Assembly (NCBI RefSeq): GCF_001194135.2
Contig: NC_069004.1
Span: 19,754,709-19,818,708 of the forward strand
Source of the DNA: Octopus bimaculoides
Lineage: Eukaryota
Reading direction: 5' to 3'
DNA: 64,000 nt
Numbering within the stretch: the stretch's first letter is position 1; each line of letters begins with the position of its first letter. The notes under the pieces are model-generated. The model ran no database searches. It saw only the letters and a list, made by a program, of their open reading frames with translations, and had not been told where the DNA came from. Positions 60,861 through 64,000 of this stretch are shown piece by piece. A program made the translations under genes and the position numbers.

Positions 60861-62829
60861 TTGGAGAGAAAAGTTTGGCATAAGAGGAATCAAATGTAGC
60901 ATGCAAGAGAGAAGACTATGTTGGTTTGGACATATGTGGTGCTAAGCATTTCGCGCAGCATGCTAACAATTCTGCTAGCTCGCTGCCTTATTATAATGAT
61001 AATGCTTTCAAATTTTGACACAAGGTCAGCAATTCCAGGGGAGGAGGTAAGTTGGTCATATCAACCCCAATACTCAACTGGCACTTCTTTTATTGACCCC
61101 TAAAAGATGAAAAGCAAAGTTGACCTTGGCGGAATTTGAACTCAGAACATGAAGACAGACGTAATGCCACTAAGCATGCAGCCCGGCATCCTAATGATTC
61201 TGCCAGCTCATTGCCTTAATAATAATAATAATGATAATAATCATAATAATAACTGTCAGTACCTGAGGAAATTCCACAGTTATTTTGAAAATTGTACATT
61301 CTAGGGAAAATCCACGTAAGCAGTATCAAAAGGGCAATCAATCAATCAATTTATCCATCCACCTATCTATCTACTTACCTACCTACCTTCCTACCTATTT
61401 ATCTATCTGTCTCTCAGTAATTAATGGTGCAAAACTGAGTAATACCATTTGGTTGATAACTGTGTCTGTCTTCTGTCCGTTTGTGCATTTAATATACATT
61501 ATATGTTTTTACTTGTCGTTTGTGTATTTCCAATACATTTTTCATTTATTATGTATGTGTGTGTGTGTTCATCATGTCATCTTCTAGGTTTTACCTTGCC
61601 TATTGATACATGTTTAAAATTTACCTGAGAATGGTGGATTTATGTGATGATGTAATTGGTGAATGCATCAATAAAATGCTACTGGAACAGCTGTAGCAAA
61701 TTTTAAACCCTATGTGTGATCCTCTTTTCCATATATATGTGTGTGTATGTCTATCTCGCCATCATCATCATTTAATGTCTGTCTTACATGAATGCATGGG
61801 TAGGGACAGTTGAGAGGAGCCAGTCATGTAGAAGAGTACCCCAGGCTACTGTATCTGGCAGTGTTTTTATAGCTGGATGCCCTTCCTAACACCAACCACT
61901 CCACAGAGTGGACTCAGTGCTTTTTACATGGCACCAGCACAGGCAAGGTCAGTTTTTACAGCTGGATGCCCTTCCAAATGCCAACCACTTTAAAGTGTGA
62001 ACTGGATGTTTTTATGTGGCACCAGCACTGGCAGGGTCACCAAGTAACTTGCAAGACAAGGAATTTTGAGAGGAGTTTTGGTGGGGTGAATTTGAGGAAG
62101 GGGTCTTGTGTCAGATGATGAAAAGTTAGAGTGTGACACAGAAATAGAGAGACGGCAACATGGTTACATGGAGGTACATGGTTACCCAGCTACAGAGAGA
62201 AGGAAGAGAGAGTAAGAAGAAGAGAGGGAGAGAGAGAGGTACAAGACAGAGGGCAGAAACAGGTGTGTTGATGTAAAGGAGATACTTGGTTACCTAGCTA
62301 GAGGGAAGAGCAAGAGAAGGAGAGAGAGTGATCAAGAATGAGGACAGAAACAGGTGTGCTGCTGTAGAGGAGATACATGGCTACCCAGCCAGAGGGAAGA
62401 GCAAGGGAAAGAGAGAGTGGGAAACAACAAAAGTGCAAGAGAGAGCTGGAGAGAGATGATGGTGAAGTGCCAGGGTATTCTCACTAATAACAAGGGTTAT
62501 AGCATAGATGTGATGGTAGAGTAAAGAAGACAGAGATAAATGGTGGCAATTGCCAGGACATGCCCTCAAGGTACAGAGGTCATAATATACACGGCCAAGA
62601 AGGCGCAAGTAGGAGTGGGGGTTACAGTGACTGGTGAAAACCTGGGTATAAACATGGGGTGGGTGAAAGCAGCAATGTAGGGAAGGGAAGTGGGAGCAGT
62701 CATAGTGTATGAATAGGAAATGTAAGGAAGAGAAAGATGCTGTTTAGAAGAGATGTAGTTCGGTTTCTTGGGGTAGGGTATGTGAAAAGTTTATTCCTAC
62801 ATGTGGGTGGAACACAACACTTCTAGTAC

Positions 62830-64000
62830 CCAGTTTTGCTGATGTGGGCAGCTAGAACCTCATATCACCAGATGTCTCAGTCCATTGTCGTTTCCTCTGT
62901 GAGTACTAACATCCTGAGATTAGTCCTCACTGCTTCATCCCACATCTTCCTGGTTTTCTCTCTTCCAGAAGTACCATCCACTTTCAGTGACAGGCATATC
63001 TGTATTCAGCTGTCATATGTCCAAACCAATGCATTCTCCTTTCCTGCATGCCACATTTAATTCCTCTTATGCCTAGATTTTCTCTCAACACAGTTGCGCT
63101 TTGTCAGCCATGCACACTGATGTCGCAAATCCAACACAGCATACTACTTTCATTCCTGTCCTGTCTACACATGTCCTCTGCATTTAGAGCTCATGTCTCA
63201 CTACCATGGAGTATAGCTGTTCTCACACAAGCATCATGCAATCTACCTTTCACTCTGAGAGAGAGAGAGAGTCCTTTTGTTGCCAACAGAGGTAGTAGCT
63301 CTCTGAACTTCCTCCATCCTATTCTTATTCTAGAAACAATACTTTCAGAGTATCCAGCACCAGTACTAATTTGGCCACCTAAGTAGCAGAAAGTATCTAC
63401 AACCTTAAGAGAGCCTTCTGGACATTTGAGTGAGTCTAAGTCACACATGCCCTTAGTGCTAATTGTTCCTGCACACCTGCCACACACGAAAGCAACCTTA
63501 TCTGTTAACTACCTGTGATTCCACTGCATCTCTTATGCATCCATAGTTTATACTGGGTGCAGGAAATGACTCTTTATCTATATACTGAACAGGGCCATTT
63601 ACCTGATTGAAAGAGAGTCTGATCTGCTTTCTTGCTAACAACGACTTTAGTTTTTCTAGGTTAACTTTAAGACACTTTGATTCCAGGTTTTGTTTCCATA
63701 CCTGGAACTTCTTCAATTCTGCTTCAGATTCTGTAATAAGGGTGAAGTCATCAGCATATAGCAGTTCCCATGGGAACCACACCCATAACTGAAGAGTTCA
63801 AAAGTTCCACTTTTAAATTCTTCAGTTATGGCTTGGAGAACTATAATGAATAAGAGTGGACTAAGAACTGATCTCTGGTGAACTCCAACTTGTACACTAA
63901 AGTAATCACTGTATTCAAGATCAACTCTGACCTTACTGATAGACCCTCTGTACACAGCTTGTACAGCTCTAACAAACCACTCCTCTACTCTTAACTTCCT
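62830..64000 (-). mobile_element. RTE LINE ORF2 3' relic, running off the window edge
   Basis: GVHQRSVLSPLLFIIVL, PWELLYADD, FCYLG..SRIRIGWRKFRELLPLL..CVRTAILHGSET; frameshifted. Confidence 0.9.

Overview
Eukaryotic, AT-rich, repeat-dense draft-assembly sequence with N gaps. The SINE/LINE complement looks like an octopus (coleoid cephalopod) genome; that assignment is an inference. The only intact gene is the 3' part of REV3L (DNA polymerase zeta catalytic subunit) on the + strand. I traced 18 GT-AG exons by hand from 18952 to the stop at 54954. They cover a REV7-binding motif, the exonuclease-like domain, polymerase motifs A/B/C and the CysA/CysB C-terminal domain. Frame bookkeeping predicts one further exon of about 119 nt, probably in the 28135-28908 gap, and no upstream exon is visible in 1-18951. 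Other content: a frameshifted, intronless MRG15/MORF4L1 copy on the - strand, several tRNA-derived SINE families, RTE LINE relics, a HERO/R2-type endonuclease relic inside a hAT MITE, a Penelope GIY-YIG relic, two solo LTRs, and hAT, mariner/Tc1 and piggyBac-type MITEs. I found no convincing new multi-gene system. The most unusual signals are a composite templated duplication (14540-14982), a near-perfect ~150-bp palindrome (29565-29715), the nested hAT/HERO/SINE cluster and the MRG15 retrocopy. Repeat boundaries without TIR/TSD anchors are approximate.
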